63,678 bases of DNA, filler included, from Welwitschia mirabilis (GCA_051453625.1; 6 parts of one record of this genome joined end to end with filler, not necessarily neighbours in it), one strand, 5' to 3'; counted from the whole stretch's first letter, positions 26,604-41,180 are shown. The notes: generated from the sequence alone by a model not told the origin. Program-made: numbers and translations.

Positions 26604-26622
26604 TCCCCAACAAGGGCGTCAA
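26604..26622 (-). promoter_or_regulatory. Degenerate Athila-type PBS
   Basis: Minus strand ttgacgcccttgttgggga resembles TTGGCGCCGTTGCCGGGGA and abuts the LTR end. Confidence 0.7.
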
Positions 26623-26624
26623 GA

Positions 26625-27722
26625 TTTTGCGGTGTGTATTTGTGCAAGTTTTTACATTCAAAGAGATCCTATCATTTATAACTAAAATAGGTATCTTACA
26701 TAATACATCACACTAGTATAGTGGGAGTAGACCCAAAAATGTCGTATCTCATTGAAGTCTATGGGTATGAGACTTAGGTTGCTTTGAAAATGAAACTAGG
26801 AACCAAAAATAGATAATAATGCAAGAAATAAAAGTACAATGCAAAATGTAATATGCAATCTAAACTAAAATGTAATGAAAAAATAACCATAACTCTACTT
26901 GCTTTTAGCCTTAACAAACACTGCCCTTAATGATCTATATCACCCAAAAAATTATCGCTAGATTAAGGACAATCATAAACCATAATGATAATCAAAAAAG
27001 GTAAGATGCAAACATGAAAAGAAATCTAAGTTTTATATTAAAAGAGTAACAACATCTAGGTTACAAAATAGTCAGGCCTTAATGGAGGATACACAACCTT
27101 CTACCAAGTGCACATCTTTCTATAACACACGCAGATGGATCTTTCGCCCTTCAAAATCCTATTACAAAGATTTTCGGTGCAATGAAGATGAGAAGGAGAG
27201 TTGAAAGGGAACTTATTTATAAGAAAATACAATAGAAAAGGATAAACAATAGGTGCAGAAAGAATAAACGGTAGGTGTAGAAAGGCACGCTCATTTATAA
27301 CTCAGAAATAGAAGAAATGGTTACGAGTTACTAGCAGAGTTAGTTACATATCAGTTTCATCCGGGCTATCATCTAGACAACAATGGGGACGATAGTACAT
27401 CATAAAATATTCTTAAAATGATGACTCCCATCAGTCCACATCAATGATGGTCATCCTGCTTGTCGTGGAAATGACAGAGGGGACGATGGTCTTCTTTTGT
27501 CATTTTATTAAAGATAACTTTAGCATTTTGTCAACAATCCTTCTTTAAATCTTTGTGCATCAAAAAGTGCCTTAAATACATCAAATTTGAATAAGAATAA
27601 AACTTTTTCGAGATTTCTTCTTGTATCTCCAAAATCCTTAGAATTGCACCTAAACTTGTATAAAAGTTTTGTAAAATAACTCATAAAACCCCATTAAATA
27701 ACCTTAAATTGGTAGCACAACA
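26625..27722 (-). mobile_element. Athila-like LTR
   Basis: Minus strand begins TGTTGTGCTACC. It aligns with 27903-28608, 41827-42535 and 46342-47185. Confidence 0.88.
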
Positions 27723-27902
27723 TAGTCCCCTACTTAGCCTTTGTCAGTACCTGATAAAAACTAGGCATAAAAATCATAATTATGAGCTAATTTATTTTTT
27801 CANNNNNNNNNNNNNNNNNNNNNNNNNNNNNNNNNNNNNNNNNNNNNNNNNNNNNNNNNNNNNNNNNNNNNNNNNNNNNNNNNNNNNNNNNNNNNNNNNN
27901 NN

Positions 27903-28608
27903 GGTAATCAGAAAACCTAAGATGAAAACATGAAAAGAAAACCAAGTTTTATATTAAAAGAGTAATAACATCTGGGTTACAAAATAGTCAGACCTCAATG
28001 GAGGATACATAGCCCTCCACCAAGTGCACGTCTTTCTACAACACACACAGATGGATCTTCTGGCCTTCGAGCTCTTGTCACGAGGATTTCTAGTGCAACA
28101 AAGATGAGAAGAAAATTCAAAGGGGGGTTTATTTATCATAACTTATAGCAGAAAAAGACAAACGGTAGGTGCGGTTAGGTACACTCATAAATGAAATAGA
28201 TGAAACAGTTAAAGGTCGCTGTTAGAGTCATTTACATGTCAGTGTCATCCGGGCTATCGTCCAGACAATAATGGGAATGATAGCACATTATAAAATATTC
28301 TCAAAATGATGACTCAATATTCCACATTAGCAGTCATCGTCCTGCTTGTCGTGGGGACAATAGAGGAGATGACGGTCTTCTTTTATCATTTTCTTAAAGA
28401 GAACTTAGCATTTTTGTTATTAATCCTTCTTCAAAGCTCTATGCATCAGAAAGTGCCTTTAATACATCAAATTTATATAAGAATCACACTTTTCCGAGAT
28501 TTCCTCTTCTATCTCCAAAATCCTCAGAATTGCACCTAAACCTATGTAAAAGTCCTGCAAAACAACTCATAAAACCCCATCAAATAATTGTAAATTGGAA
28601 TCACAACA
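27903..28608 (-). mobile_element. Athila-like LTR, truncated by a gap
   Basis: Minus strand begins TGTTGTGATTCC and is colinear with ~26990-27722. Confidence 0.88.
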
Positions 28609-30605
28609 CTTACTAACTCATGCAAGACATTATTTTGAGGTGAATACAAAGATGAATATCAAACCATTAGAGATGACGAATGTTCATCAAGAAGAGTATG
28701 AGAAGATGATTCTAAAACTAAAGATAATTTGTCTTATTCATTGTAGTTTGAATCTTTCTTAGAAGAGAGAAATAAAAGTGATATTATTGACTCAAGAGAT
28801 TATTGAGAAAAATATAAAGGTTTTTCATAGGATGAAGGGGATTCTTCCTCATGTGGTTGTGCAAGCAACAGAGGTTGTGCTTCAAAGATAAGTTCATTTT
28901 TATAGTTGTCCCTTTCATTAATGTCACTTATTGATTCATCATCTATCATTTAACTCTTTAATTTGTAGTCTTTCTCAAATGGTTACTCACTTTCTACTGA
29001 TTACTCATCATTAGATGTGTCTAATTCTACTCTAAATTATAACCTAGTTGTACCTAATTATTCACTCTCTAATGCATTTTAAAACTCAAGGTCCTCATAG
29101 CTTTTTGCATAGGTTTCATCGTGGGTTTCTTCATGGGTTTCTTCTTCATTTCTACAGGATATGACTTGGGTGTTATTGTTTTTACTATCATTAATTCTTT
29201 CAAAGTTTTTAAGACTTCTAGGTTCATGAAATGTATTAAGGTCTTTCTCTTGCTATTGGTTAAGAGCCCTAATAATTTGAGCATTGGTCTTGATTCTTTA
29301 TTCAAGAATTTACTCAATATTCTTAGTGGTTTATTCCAAAGAATGTGAATGGGCTTGAAGCATGTTGAAAGATATTTTAGGAGCATCTTCTAACTAAAAA
29401 TCTCTGAAAAGTATATTCAAAGGAAGGTGAGGAGGATTGTTGGGAGTAGAAAGATAAAGTGTCTTGGTGAAATGATGAAGAGCATAAAAAGAAATATGAA
29501 GGGTAAGGGTTACAAGATGTGGTGAAAGGAATGGAATCAAACTCTTATTATTCAATATAGGAATTTTAAGACTCAACATTAGGAAGTGGTTGATTTATAT
29601 ATGAAGGAAGTTGAAGATACTTTCCAAAGGTATGTCTAGTGTTAAAATAATTTAGGGGTTGTGAATGATATAAGTTGTATTAAAGCTAGTCCCCTTGAGT
29701 TTGTTTAGATCGAATGAAGTCTCCCATAATTTGTTTCAGTTGATCATGATTCTAAAAACTAAAGGGGTAGAGAGTTTACAGTTTAGAAGATGTTTTAAAT
29801 GGATTAGATATCTAACTCATTGTTAAGATTTAGAAAACAAGTTACAATTTTAGTAAAAGATTCATGTTTTCTTATCTTTTTGGTGTTTTAGAGGAGGCCT
29901 GCAATTAGAAAATTTTTAGAGAGTTCTTAAGAGGTTATAGTTAAATTTTTATAGGTTTTTGAGTAAGAACGCCTATGGCATTAGTCAAGGAAGGCAGTGG
30001 CACTGGTTGTTTGGGGCAGATCAAATCAGGTAAACACAGAGGTCTCATTTGGGTCTGCATGACATTTTATGTTGTGTGGTATTAAAGAGTTTTAACAGAA
30101 AATTGGATCAACTATAACTTTAAAAAAAATGCAAACTTAGAAAATAAATCCTAAATGTTTTTAATCTTCTCAAAATTTTATAGTAGAAAATAGAACAAAA
30201 CTGAAACATTTATAGAAAGAAAATTCACAAAAATTGCAAAACACAAAATGAATCATTAGAGTTTAATTTTTCTAATTTGTGATCTTGATTTCAGTTGTAA
30301 CCTATAAGGAAGTCATTAGACCTGTAACACAAAATATCATATGCAGAAATGAAATTTTAATTGCTAGATTAGAAAACTAAATTCAACAATTTGGACCAGT
30401 TCAGGTTTCACACGAAAAGGATTAATACCCATCACTGAAAGGAAAAGAAAACACACAAACAAAAGAGAAAAGGATCAGTTCAGGTATCACTAAAAAAGGA
30501 CTAGTACCATTACTAAAAAAATAAAAGCTAACTAAAAATTACAAGAAGAAAAATCATGCACTCATGAAAAGCTATCGTGTCAATATGCCCTAGCAACATT
30601 GCCAT

Positions 30606-32020
30606 TTATGTATAATAATGAACAAGATTTAACTAGATAAGAATCTAGTATCGTTCTTCCATAGGAATATATATGTGATGACTAAATAAAAGAAACACAA
30701 TTATTCTAACTTACAATAAAAAAGAAAAGAAAACAAAAACTAGAAGTTGAGTTTTATAAAATTATCTTCAATTAACTTTGTAAGGGAATGAAAGTGCTTC
30801 AAGGATCTAGCTAATTCATCCAATGCTCTAACTTTGCTCTAATGACTCTTATATTCCTAAGATACAAGTCATTAAGGCTCAGGAGTAAAGAAATAATCTC
30901 ATCCACCATATGAGTATCAGTGAGTTATCCAATCCCTCTGATCCTTCATAGCACTTCATAAGCATGGAAAGTATGTACAAGTGTGTACAAGATTCATTAA
31001 ATAATGGCAATTATAATATCATAAAAGTAATCTCAAACAACTCACTTGGTTTATAAAATAGTTAGAATATAAAGTAGATTCACCTAAGAATTACTAATAT
31101 CAATTTATTTTGCATTAACAATAAAAGAATGAAGCCTACTTGAAAACTAGCCTCATCTAAATATTACTAATACCTGCATTAACAACGAAAGGATGAAAAT
31201 AAATTTTTATATTAAAAACATAAAAATATACATTAAACCAAAAGAAGATAGGTAAAGATGAAGGACTCCTCGACTAGCCTTGAAATAGTTTGTCCCTAAG
31301 AAAGATAACTAGAACACCATGATGTCCTAGTGCTCCAAGTCTTTTCCACATTATTTAACCAAAATATCTATAGATAACTAGAACATCATGATGTCTTAGC
31401 TCTTCAAGTATTTCCCACATTACAATGAGAACTCAAGGCCCTTTTATAGATGAGGAAAGGCTTAAAGATATTTGTCATGATTTTGTTAGATGGACGGTTA
31501 ATTAAGGGGGGTTACTTAAGGGCAGTTACATAAGGAGGAAGTTATAATTTTTGGCATGTAGCCACAAATAAAGATTCTTTATCTTCTTATGCAAACATAA
31601 CAATCACATGTCCTTTAATTGATGATGACATTATCAACAAATTCCATGTCATGTATCTTCCACATGTCACTGCGACATGTTGTTTTGTACTTCCATCATG
31701 TGTCATCGAAGATTTATTCTAGATTAACTTCTGATTTAGTCCATAAGTGTAATGTGATAAGCTCCTAAAATAGATGTAGGAACATGAGATTAGTAAGACT
31801 TTTTCTTAGAAATCTGGTGTTGTTGGTAGTCCTTAATAATGGCAATGACATTATTTGCTGGAATTCCTTCAAGTTTTACAATGTTCTCTAGAAGGTAGTA
31901 ATAGACCTGCTAATGTTAGGGAATATCTTATATTTTCATGAAAACATGATAAAATAGTAAAAGGCATCATTTTATGATAAAACAATGAATTAAATGTCTT
32001 CCCCTATGCTAAATCCATCA
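30606..32020 (-). mobile_element. LTR of a second Athila-like family, with PBS at ~30590-30605
   Basis: Minus strand starts TGATGG and is followed at its end by atggcaatgttgctagg (PBS-like). Bases 31176-31310 are similar to 63330-63460. Confidence 0.6.
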
Positions 32021-32061
32021 TTATTACTTGATTGGAATGCTAATTTTTGCATGTAAACAAT

Positions 32062-32812
32062 TATACATGGTTAACCAGAGTTAAGTATTATAGCCTTGAA
32101 TTTGGACATAGATTATATTAAAAATTATTTGGATAAATAATCTCAACACTACTTGTAGCACTATATTCAACATTAGTAAGATGTGCAAGAATTATCTCAT
32201 AGAGTTTACTACATACATATCANNNNNNNNNNNNNNNNNNNNNNNNNNNNNNNNNNNNNNNNNNNNNNNNNNNNNNNNNNNNNNNNNNNNNNNNNNNNNN
32301 NNNNNNNNNNNNNNNNNNNNNNNNNNNNNNNNNNNNNNNNNNNNNNNNNNNNNNNNNNNNNNNNNNNNNNNNNNNNNNNNNNNNNNNNNNNNNNNNNNNN
32401 NNNNNNNNNNNNNNNNNNNNNNNNNNNNNNNNNNNNNNNNNNNNNNNNNNNNNNNNNNNNNNNNNNNNNNNNNNNNNNNNNNNNNNNNNNNNNNNNNNNN
32501 NNNNNNNNNNNNNNNNNNNNNNNNNNNNNNNNNNNNNNNNNNNNNNNNNNNNNNNNNNNNNNNNNNNNNNNNNNNNNNNNNNNNNNNNNNNNNNNNNNNN
32601 NNNNNNNNNNNNNNNNNNNNNNNNNNNNNNNNNNNNNNNNNNNNNNNNNNNNNNNNNNNNNNNNNNNNNNNNNNNNNNNNNNNNNNNNNNNNNNNNNNNN
32701 NNNNNNNNNNNNNNNNNNNNNNNNNNNNNNNNNNNNNNNNNNNNNNNNNNNNNNNNNNNNNNNNNNNNNNNNNNNNNNNNNNNNNNNNNNNNNNNNNNNN
32801 NNNNNNNNNNNN

Positions 32813-32891
<79 letters not shown>

Positions 32892-34216
32892 AGATAAGTA
32901 TTCATTAAGGTTTTAGATTGAAATGTAGGTTAGTACTACACTATTAATAGATAAGATCCCCTATATAGGTAGAAAAATTTGTCTATAGCGGAATTAACTA
33001 GAAGAGAAGATGCACTACTACAGGCCCTTTTCATGGAAAAATTGCCTTTCTGTAGTTCCTTAAACAGTCCTTTAGACAAGGTGAGATTTGATATTTATTA
33101 CTATTTTATCTTCATGATTCTATGCTAAAAAGTACAAACTTTTATTTTCTTCATAATTGCTAAAAATATTGATATTACAAAAATTCTATATTTATCATTA
33201 AATCAGTGTGTATTATAATTATTTTCTCATTCTTGACTAGAAGATAAAATGCAAATAAAACTTTGTTAATCGAAATAATGATAATATTTACTAGATGTGT
33301 ATGTGTGTTTACACTATTTGTGAAATTCTTTCTATTCTATAAGGAATTTTTACCTTTCTTATATTTTATTATTATCTATTTCTAGTATATGACCATTAAC
33401 TATATAAATTTTATTATTTTTAATTTGAATTAATAAATTATTCATAAATGGAAAATATAATTACATGCAGATTTAAATGGATTATGGAAATCTCTTTAAT
33501 ATTACCTAGTTCTCCTACACCTCTATCACTATGAGATTCCTAAAATTTTTTAATTTATTTATATAAATACAAACTTTGGAATTAGCCTTATCACTTTATT
33601 CCCACTTATCTTAATCTTGTATTTCTTAATCTTTTAATCCTTTTTAAAATGAACTTCAACTATCTGTTTGTTCCTTCCTCATCCATTAGATCGAAAACTC
33701 CCCCTTAAAAAGGGTTGCATTTATATATGAAAATGAGAAAACTAAGATTTATTTTATCTATTTGAATGGAACAGGGGTCCTAGTAATAAACTTGTCCTCC
33801 TTTAGTAAAAGTGATAGGATTGACCTATGTAAAATTCAATAGATGAAGTTCTTTAGGATTTAGATAAGTTATGGAATCCAAGCAATGTTTTCAATCATGA
33901 AAATTGTAGAAAAAGGGCTTATGCTTTAGTTAATAAGTATTTATTTTTAAATGAAAGAGTTAAAAGCTAAATTTGATAACATAAAGTCTCATGAAAATGA
34001 GGTTGATATTAATTAAGATTCAATTGTTGTACACTCTGTCTTAAAAATAATTAAATGTATGCTCACAACTATACAAGGTTAATCAGAGTTAAGTGTTGCC
34101 GCCTTGAATTCGGACATAGATTATATTAAAAATTATGTAAATAAAAACTCTTAACACTACTTGTATTACTATATTCAACATAAGCAAGATGTGTAGGAAT
34201 TATCTTAAAAAGTTTA
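32062..34216. repeat. Dispersed ~150-bp direct repeat pair (32062-32207 and 34070-34216)
   Basis: Both copies share cagagttaagt...gccttgaatt.ggacatagattatattaaaaattat...aacactacttgta...ctatattcaacat. Confidence 0.85.
32813..32887. repeat. (AG)n microsatellite
   Basis: About 37 AG units with one interruption, abutting a gap. Confidence 0.98.
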
Positions 34217-37039
34217 GAATATGCAAATTAATAGGGTGAGGGCTTCTAATCTAAAGAGAAGAAGAATAGAAATTTGCATAAACATTTTTAAACTAAGAAT
34301 TTTTATGATGTTAGCTACATGATCCTCCCTTTAGGCTTTTATGGAAGAGGTGAGTATTTTTTAATTATTCTAAATATCAAGTAAGTGAGTCTTGTAATAG
34401 GTTTATTAATAAAATACATCAAAAATAGAGTTTTGCTTTATCTTTTGTTGTACTTTAAAATTTAATAATGGTTGTTATTATTTTAATTAAATTTTTTCAC
34501 TTTTTAAATTAAATTGATCTGAGTTCATAAGTATAANNNNNNNNNNNNNNNNNNNNNNNNNNNNNNNNNNNNNNNNNNNNNNNNNNNNNNNNNNNNNNNN
34601 NNNNNNNNNNNNNNNNNNNNNNNNNNNNNNNNNNNNCCCTCTTGGTAATATGCGTCTCCATCAATTATAACCAAACATCATAATTGAATTCAGTAAGAAC
34701 AATTCCTACATTGAATATAGCTTTAGATTGAACAACAATAGGAATTGAACTTATTCCAGATGATTTCCACTCTTTTTTTTTTCATACAACCTTTCTAATT
34801 CATGGATTTTATGTCAATAAAGGCTTTGATGCCAAATTGAAGCATCTATATTCCACCTATATGAAATCTATTTTTCTAAAGTGCTCCTTGGAAACATCTT
34901 GTATTTGAAAGAGGCAAAGAGTCATGACTTATATCCAAAGTTCGCGACTTATGAAAATTAAAGGCAAAGAGTTGTGACTTATATTTAAAGTTCGCTACTT
35001 ATAAAAATTATGGAGAAAAATTCTTCAACAAAAGCCTTTAATTCATTTAGTTAATTTTTAAGATTTTTATCTATATCATAGTTTAATCATTTATCTATTA
35101 TTAAAGTTTATGTTTATGTTCAATTAACATCCTTGCTTGCTTACCATAAACCAATTCAAATGGTGTAAAACTAATGTATCTTCACATCATTTGATAGGCC
35201 CATAAGGCGTCATTTAATTTTTTTAGTTCATTTTATGTTTTTATCATTAATAATTTTCTAAATTATTATTCTAATTTATTTGTTAGTATTTTTAGTTTAC
35301 TCATTTGTCTAAGGATCATAAGTCGTAGCCTGTTTATGATCTACTCCTAGTTAAGAAAGAAGTTTAGGAAATACTTTTTGAGTGAAATGAGTATCCCCAT
35401 TATAAATAAAAAGTAGAAAAGCTCTAAACCTATTTACTATGTTTTTATGAAAGAATTTAGTAGTTTGTTGGTTTTTACTTAAATTAGAGGCATAGTTGAA
35501 AGCCTAATAACCCACAATGATATGATACGTTTGTAAAGAAACACAACCACTGAAAAAAAAAAAAAAATCCTAATTTGAATGAGAAAAGTAAGATACTTAG
35601 TTAAGAATTTGAATCGACTTTAGACTCGCTTCCTAAAGATTTGTTAATAGATTATTAAATTAATAACATAGATTAATTAGTTAACCATTAAAATAATAAT
35701 GCTGTATTTAAATAAATCCTTATGGATGACAAAACAATTTGAAATGAGAAAATGTAACTAAGTCAAATATTAGATTTAAAGTTTCACTAGGCAATTCAAC
35801 ATTGGTGACTAAAACAAGTGTTATAGACTTAGAATTAAAATAAATACAACAACCAGATTTTTGAAAAGTTTAGTGCTATATTAGAGTGACAAGGAGAAAC
35901 AAATGACAATGCACAATGTTTTCTATAACTCCACGTATTGCGATTCTTAAAAAAAAATAAATTTTAGTGTTCCTCTGTAATCAATTTTTTTTTTTTTAAA
36001 TGCAAGCAGTTCTTTACATTTGCAAATTCAATGTACCACTAATTTTTGTGGGTTCCAATTCTTAAAAGCTTACATACACAAATGACTACTTGCTTTTGTA
36101 AATTCAAGCACTAGTGTTTAATATTTGATAAGCTAACTACTATAAGAAATCCCCTTGCGCGTGCCAAAATCTTCAAGTATTTGTTACCATCTTTCATGGA
36201 CACTTTGAGATTCTTCTCCGGTAAAGTTATTGATAGAGATGGAGGATGTAGAAGAAGGAGTAGAAGTTTTAGTGGTACTTTGCCACATTTTTCTATTGTC
36301 TACATTTACATCTAGTCTACCTTCACTTTGCATGTTAGCAATGCTATAAACATAAAAGGGAATTCATCTCTCCACAGCAAAGTATTGGGTTTTAGGTGTC
36401 TTGGAAATGTCTTATAAGTGATGTGGTAATAAATTACATATAGTGAATGATGGAAACAAAATGGATAAGGTCTTGGAGTGGAAATCCAACTTCTCAATTG
36501 AGTTGATGCTAAAATTAATGCCATAAGTAATGAGAGATATGAAAATGGAACTCCATGGTCTTAAATAATTTTGAAGTTAATTTTACTTGCACAGGCATTA
36601 TTTATCTAAACTTAAATCCAAGCTTTCCTAAGATGCATTTATGGTGCCCTTTCTAGTTTCCATTGTTGTGTGAACTCCTACACAAAAAAAAAAAAAAAAA
36701 AAAAACTTTACCCCTTCAGGTTTTTAAGGGAAAAGGAAGTTGGTGTGTGCTATGCCCAAATAGCACAACAATGAGTTTAATCATCACACTTGAGTTGGGG
36801 TGTGCTATGCCCAAATAGAACAGTAATGATTTGAATGATCACACCTGAGTCAGTTAGTGATAGATAGATGAGTTATATCATCACAGCTACATGAACATGA
36901 AGATACAACACAACACTGTTGTGACCTTAATGGCATTAGAGATAAAGTAATAGTCACAACATAAATACCAACATAGCTAACTTAGAGATGCAGTCTTTAA
37001 TTATTTGAGTTCTACTCATTTAGTTAAATAGTCTACACA

Positions 37040-38330
37040 AAGTATAAATTATTCCTTTCCCAAGGACTCAGGATTTATTAGTTGTATGAAATCCAATACC
37101 CCAAACTTCAAAAGGTTCTATGCTTCAAATCTAATCCTGAGGCATGGTATGGCTTTTACTTAAAGATCCTTTCCTTTGACATTTGTCACAACTTTTCACA
37201 AAGAAATGATAATCTCTAAATAAATAAGGGCAATAATATTTAGCTTTGAAAAATCTTACGTGCAGTTCTTTTTCCATTAAAATGTCCTCCATATCCGTTT
37301 TCATGCACAACCTTAATAATTTCTAGCTGGTTATCTCTTTCCACACTTCTTCTTAACAATTCATCTAGTCTAGTTTTGTATAAAGTTCCTTCATTCTATA
37401 AATATTTGCTAGCTTCTCTAATCAAGTGCTTCTTTTCATGATAAAATAAATTCTTGAGTAGTGGTTGAGTAGCTAATAAGTTAGCTGTATGAACAAACCA
37501 TAGCCTCTTAGAAACATTTAACAAGGCTTCATCTGGAAATTCTTCTTTAACTTTAAATCAATCCTTATGTTGGTTATCAAAGTTTAACTTAGACAAATGA
37601 TCAACTACCACATTTCTTGTTCCTTTTCTATTCATAGTAATTAAATAAAATTCTTGTGTCAATCAAACTCATCTAATTATTTTAGAATTTACCTCTTTTT
37701 TTGTTCATTACAAATCTTATGGCTAAATGCTTATCATGTATTTTTGTTCAATATCCAAGTATATAACGTTTGAACTTTCTAAGCAAACACTACAACTAAC
37801 ATTTCTCTTTCAGTAGTCATATAATATAGTTGAGTTAAATTGACGCTTTTATTAATATAAATTATATTATAAGGTTTACTGTCATCATCTTTTTATTTTA
37901 AAAATCCTCCCATTGCATAATTAGAAGCGTTAATTATAACATGGAAAGTTCTGTTCTAATTAGGACTTTGTAAAATAGGTGCTTCTAACAATTTTTACAT
38001 TAGTTGTTCAAAAATTTCCTTGACACTTATCAGTTCATTTAGATTCTTTATCTTTTTGTAATAGATTGTTTAATGGATTGGCTCTTTTACTGGAATTGGA
38101 AATGAACATCCTGTAGTATCCAACATAACCTAAAAATAATCTTAATTGTTTAAATTTAGTTGTAAATTTGAGAGCTTTTATAATTTTTATCTTATTCTCA
38201 TTAGTTTTTGTTGTTTTTTAATAATTTGTGTCCCATTTCTGTGCCCTTGTCAACATTAAATGACTCTTACACCAACTCAATTTTAATCTCTTTTCTTCAC
38301 ATATTTTAAAGATTTGTAGTGTTTATATTT
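37040..38330 (-). pseudogene. Ty3/gypsy (Athila-like) pol relic: RT end, RNase H, integrase start
   Basis: Minus strand KQLRLFLGYVGYYRMFI, TFHVIINASNYAMG, TTEREML, VKSCDKCQRKG and PFEVWGI. Confidence 0.88.
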
Positions 38331-39235
38331 GAAACATAGATTTGCCTTGTTGATGTTTAGCAAGTTGATGTTTAGCAAGCATAAATTTGCCTTGTTGATG
38401 TTTGGGATTACTGGGGAGATGTCAAACGACCACTTTGATAGCCCAAGGGAATGATTTAATTATGCCTAAGGCCTTACATAGTGTGCTAACTAGGACATTT
38501 GAAAATTTAAACCCTTGACCTTTAGAATGAAAGACAATTGTCCCATGAATTCAAGTAGCAACCCATTAATGTTTTATTTTTATTTAAATTAATTGAATGT
38601 TTAATATAAAAAAACCTAATTTATGGATGTGGGCTAGCAAGAAATTGAATAAAATTAAATTGTCCTATATTCTTATTTGGTTTTAAATTTATCACACCCA
38701 CATTCTTAAATACATCCATAGATAATTTCACAAGCAAAATTATTTCTATATTTTAGTGGCCACCTATGAAATTAACAAAATAACCTCACGTTACTAAAAC
38801 AATCTGGAGAGCCTAATTTAAATTTGAGACTGAAACTCCGCTTTCGTGGAGGAATTAAAATATTTTCTTATAAAATTTGAAAATACAAATATTAATTAAT
38901 AATAACTCTAAGAGAGATTTAAATTGTTTCAGTGCCTCCGTGGAGCCTTCTCGGTGAAGATAACTTGGACCAGTTTTTGGTGCTCCTTTAAATAATAGGC
39001 CAGTTTCTTTTTGCATCGCTTGCGACTGTCATTTGGGTTTCAAGCTTCCAAGCAATTCGAATGATCTATTTTTGTCTGTTATTCTGCTAATCGTTCAATC
39101 TTCCGTAACAGCTTTTGAAATCTCTTGGAGCAAAACAGTTTCTGTAAGAGTTTTTGAAATCTCTTGTTCTTGAGAAAAACAGCGGGACGCAATATAAATA
39201 AGCAATTTGAAGCTAACTTTTTGGCCATAACCCTG

Positions 39236-39499
39236 ATGGCGGGAACGGATTTAAACGGCACATTGACTCGAGAACTGGATGATTACTGTAACGCGCGTAT
39301 ATTCTCGATGATAGGCCCTGTCAACGAGCAATCAGAAATATCCATTCTTTCGCACAAATTGGAATTGGCTCATAGCTCAGTTTCGAAATTGCAACATCAG
39401 CTCTTGGATTACCAGCGCCGCGTCCGACATCTGAATGATGAAATCCAGCAAATTGACTTCCAGAATAAAGTCCTAAATGAGAAGCTTGTCCTGGCAAAG
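39236..39499 (+). CDS. Probable first coding exon of a host coiled-coil protein (possibly MEE9/At4g09060-like); remainder not in this scaffold
   Basis: 88 uninterrupted codons in CpG-retaining sequence, with a heptad pattern. The exon ends AAG|GT. LTRELDDY...I...G...L..KL resembles the N-terminus I recall for that family. Confidence 0.6.
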
Positions 39500-40526
39500 G
39501 TTTTTCCTCTTCATCCTCATGTGTATTTACAGTATTCTTAGGGTAAAAAGATTGAGATGGATCTTCAATTCTTAAAAAGGGAATTCTAGGTTTTGTGTTT
39601 GGACAGTTACTTTTTTTGTATTATCAGCTTCTATAGGTGCTATTAAGGTAGTCCTTCACTTGAAATGCACAAAGAAAGCTGACTAATATAAAATTATAAA
39701 TTAAAATGTAAAGGAGATGATTTACTACTTAAAATCAAGGTAGCAGAAGTTGCTACTCCTCGTCTCTTAGATAGATTTCGTTATTAACTTGTGACTTCAG
39801 GCCAAGAACGAAATATAGGTGATTCAACCCATTCTACGTGACTTTGCCCCTTGAAAAATTTGGAAAGAGTGCTGTTAAAATAATTTTCATAACTTAGACA
39901 GGTTCAAAGAGGGAGTCTGGAGAGAGTGTTTTTTGGTATGTCAACTGGTTGATTCATGAGTTAGTCAGTTCACCATAAAGAGTTATGGTAATCACTTCTT
40001 TTATTTTGAAATCAAGTTTTTTACAATATGTGATTTCTGTAGTTAATATTAGAGGAGCTTACATTCTTTATATTTTGTATCTAACGAGTTATTCTATTTG
40101 ATCTTAATATTGAATATGCTGATCAGCGTGAAAAGGAGATTTAATTTATAGAGGCCACACATCATTTAAAAGCTACAATATAGGATGAGTTAATAGACGG
40201 AGAAATAGACTTGAATTATGAATGTCAAAAATACTTCTACACTCTTTCATTTTGATAGTCAGTAGTGTATTTTTTGAAAACTTAGAGGAATCTGGATTCT
40301 AATCACCACTCTCTAAAATTTAACATGTTCTAGGATATCTGCTTTATAATTATTATGCAATCTTGTTTCTACAATTTATTTTTATTTTGATTTTTTTTGG
40401 AATCATTATTCTAGGGCCCATAGCCANNNNNNNNNNNNNNNNNNNNNNNNNNNNNNNNNNNNNNNNNNNNTTAATTAATTAANNNNNNNNNNNNNNNNNN
40501 NNNNNNNNNNNNNNNNNNNNNNNNNN

Positions 40527-41180
40527 CTCTATACTAATGAAAGATGTTGGTAATCAACACTAAGTAAGGTAGAGCCCTTATCTTATGATACTCCAACTGG
40601 GATATCATATTCTTTAACATTATGATAAAAGCATCAATAGAGTGCTTAGTTCCTACTAAATCCATGAAGCATGCCCTGTAGTTATAGGTTTAATCATGAT
40701 GATCCACCAAAGAAAAGAAATTATAAGTAAACACCAAATGTAAAAAACTGTACTTTGGGATAAGGAGAGAAGTAGAAAGGGTGATTTTTCATCTGTGAAT
40801 CTAGGCTTCTTTTGTAAGATTAGCAATGACAGCAATGAGATTTATAGTAACCCTTATCTTCTTTCCCAAAACTAGGATTTCTAGGGTTACATTATTAGCA
40901 TCATAAAAAGAGTTACATTAGAACATCTTAATGAGAAAAGGATAAGCAAGACTTAAAACATCAATAAAATAAGAAAGATTCGAATCACATCTTTGAGATC
41001 CCTTAGCTCTACAGTGGCAACAGCCTTTTCTTGGCACACTGGCTTCTTCTCAAACTTTTTATTGAACTTGTCCAAAGCTTCTTCAGACTTTCCTTGATAG
41101 AAATAAGAAGGATCTCTACTAGCAACCTCCTTCTACTAACTCCTAGAAAGACCCTCAGCCATTACAATCATGTGGTAGGA
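40527..41180 (-). pseudogene. Degenerate env-like/additional ORF of an LTR retrotransposon (SIRE/Athila type)
   Basis: SEEALDKFNKKFEKKPVCQEK, AYPFLIKMF*CN and ALPYLVLITNIF. Confidence 0.55.

Noticed and set aside
29069..29579. Lys/Pro-rich minus-strand ORFs
   Set aside because: They lie inside an LTR-element interior with no recognisable domain and are likely shadow frames of a decayed element ORF.
32813..32897. ER-repeat / SL-repeat ORFs
   Set aside because: These are translations of the (AG)n microsatellite.
35984..36705. Possible decayed exon or retrocopy on the minus strand (acceptor-like poly-T/AG, downstream poly-A)
   Set aside because: All frames contain stops and I recognise no family.
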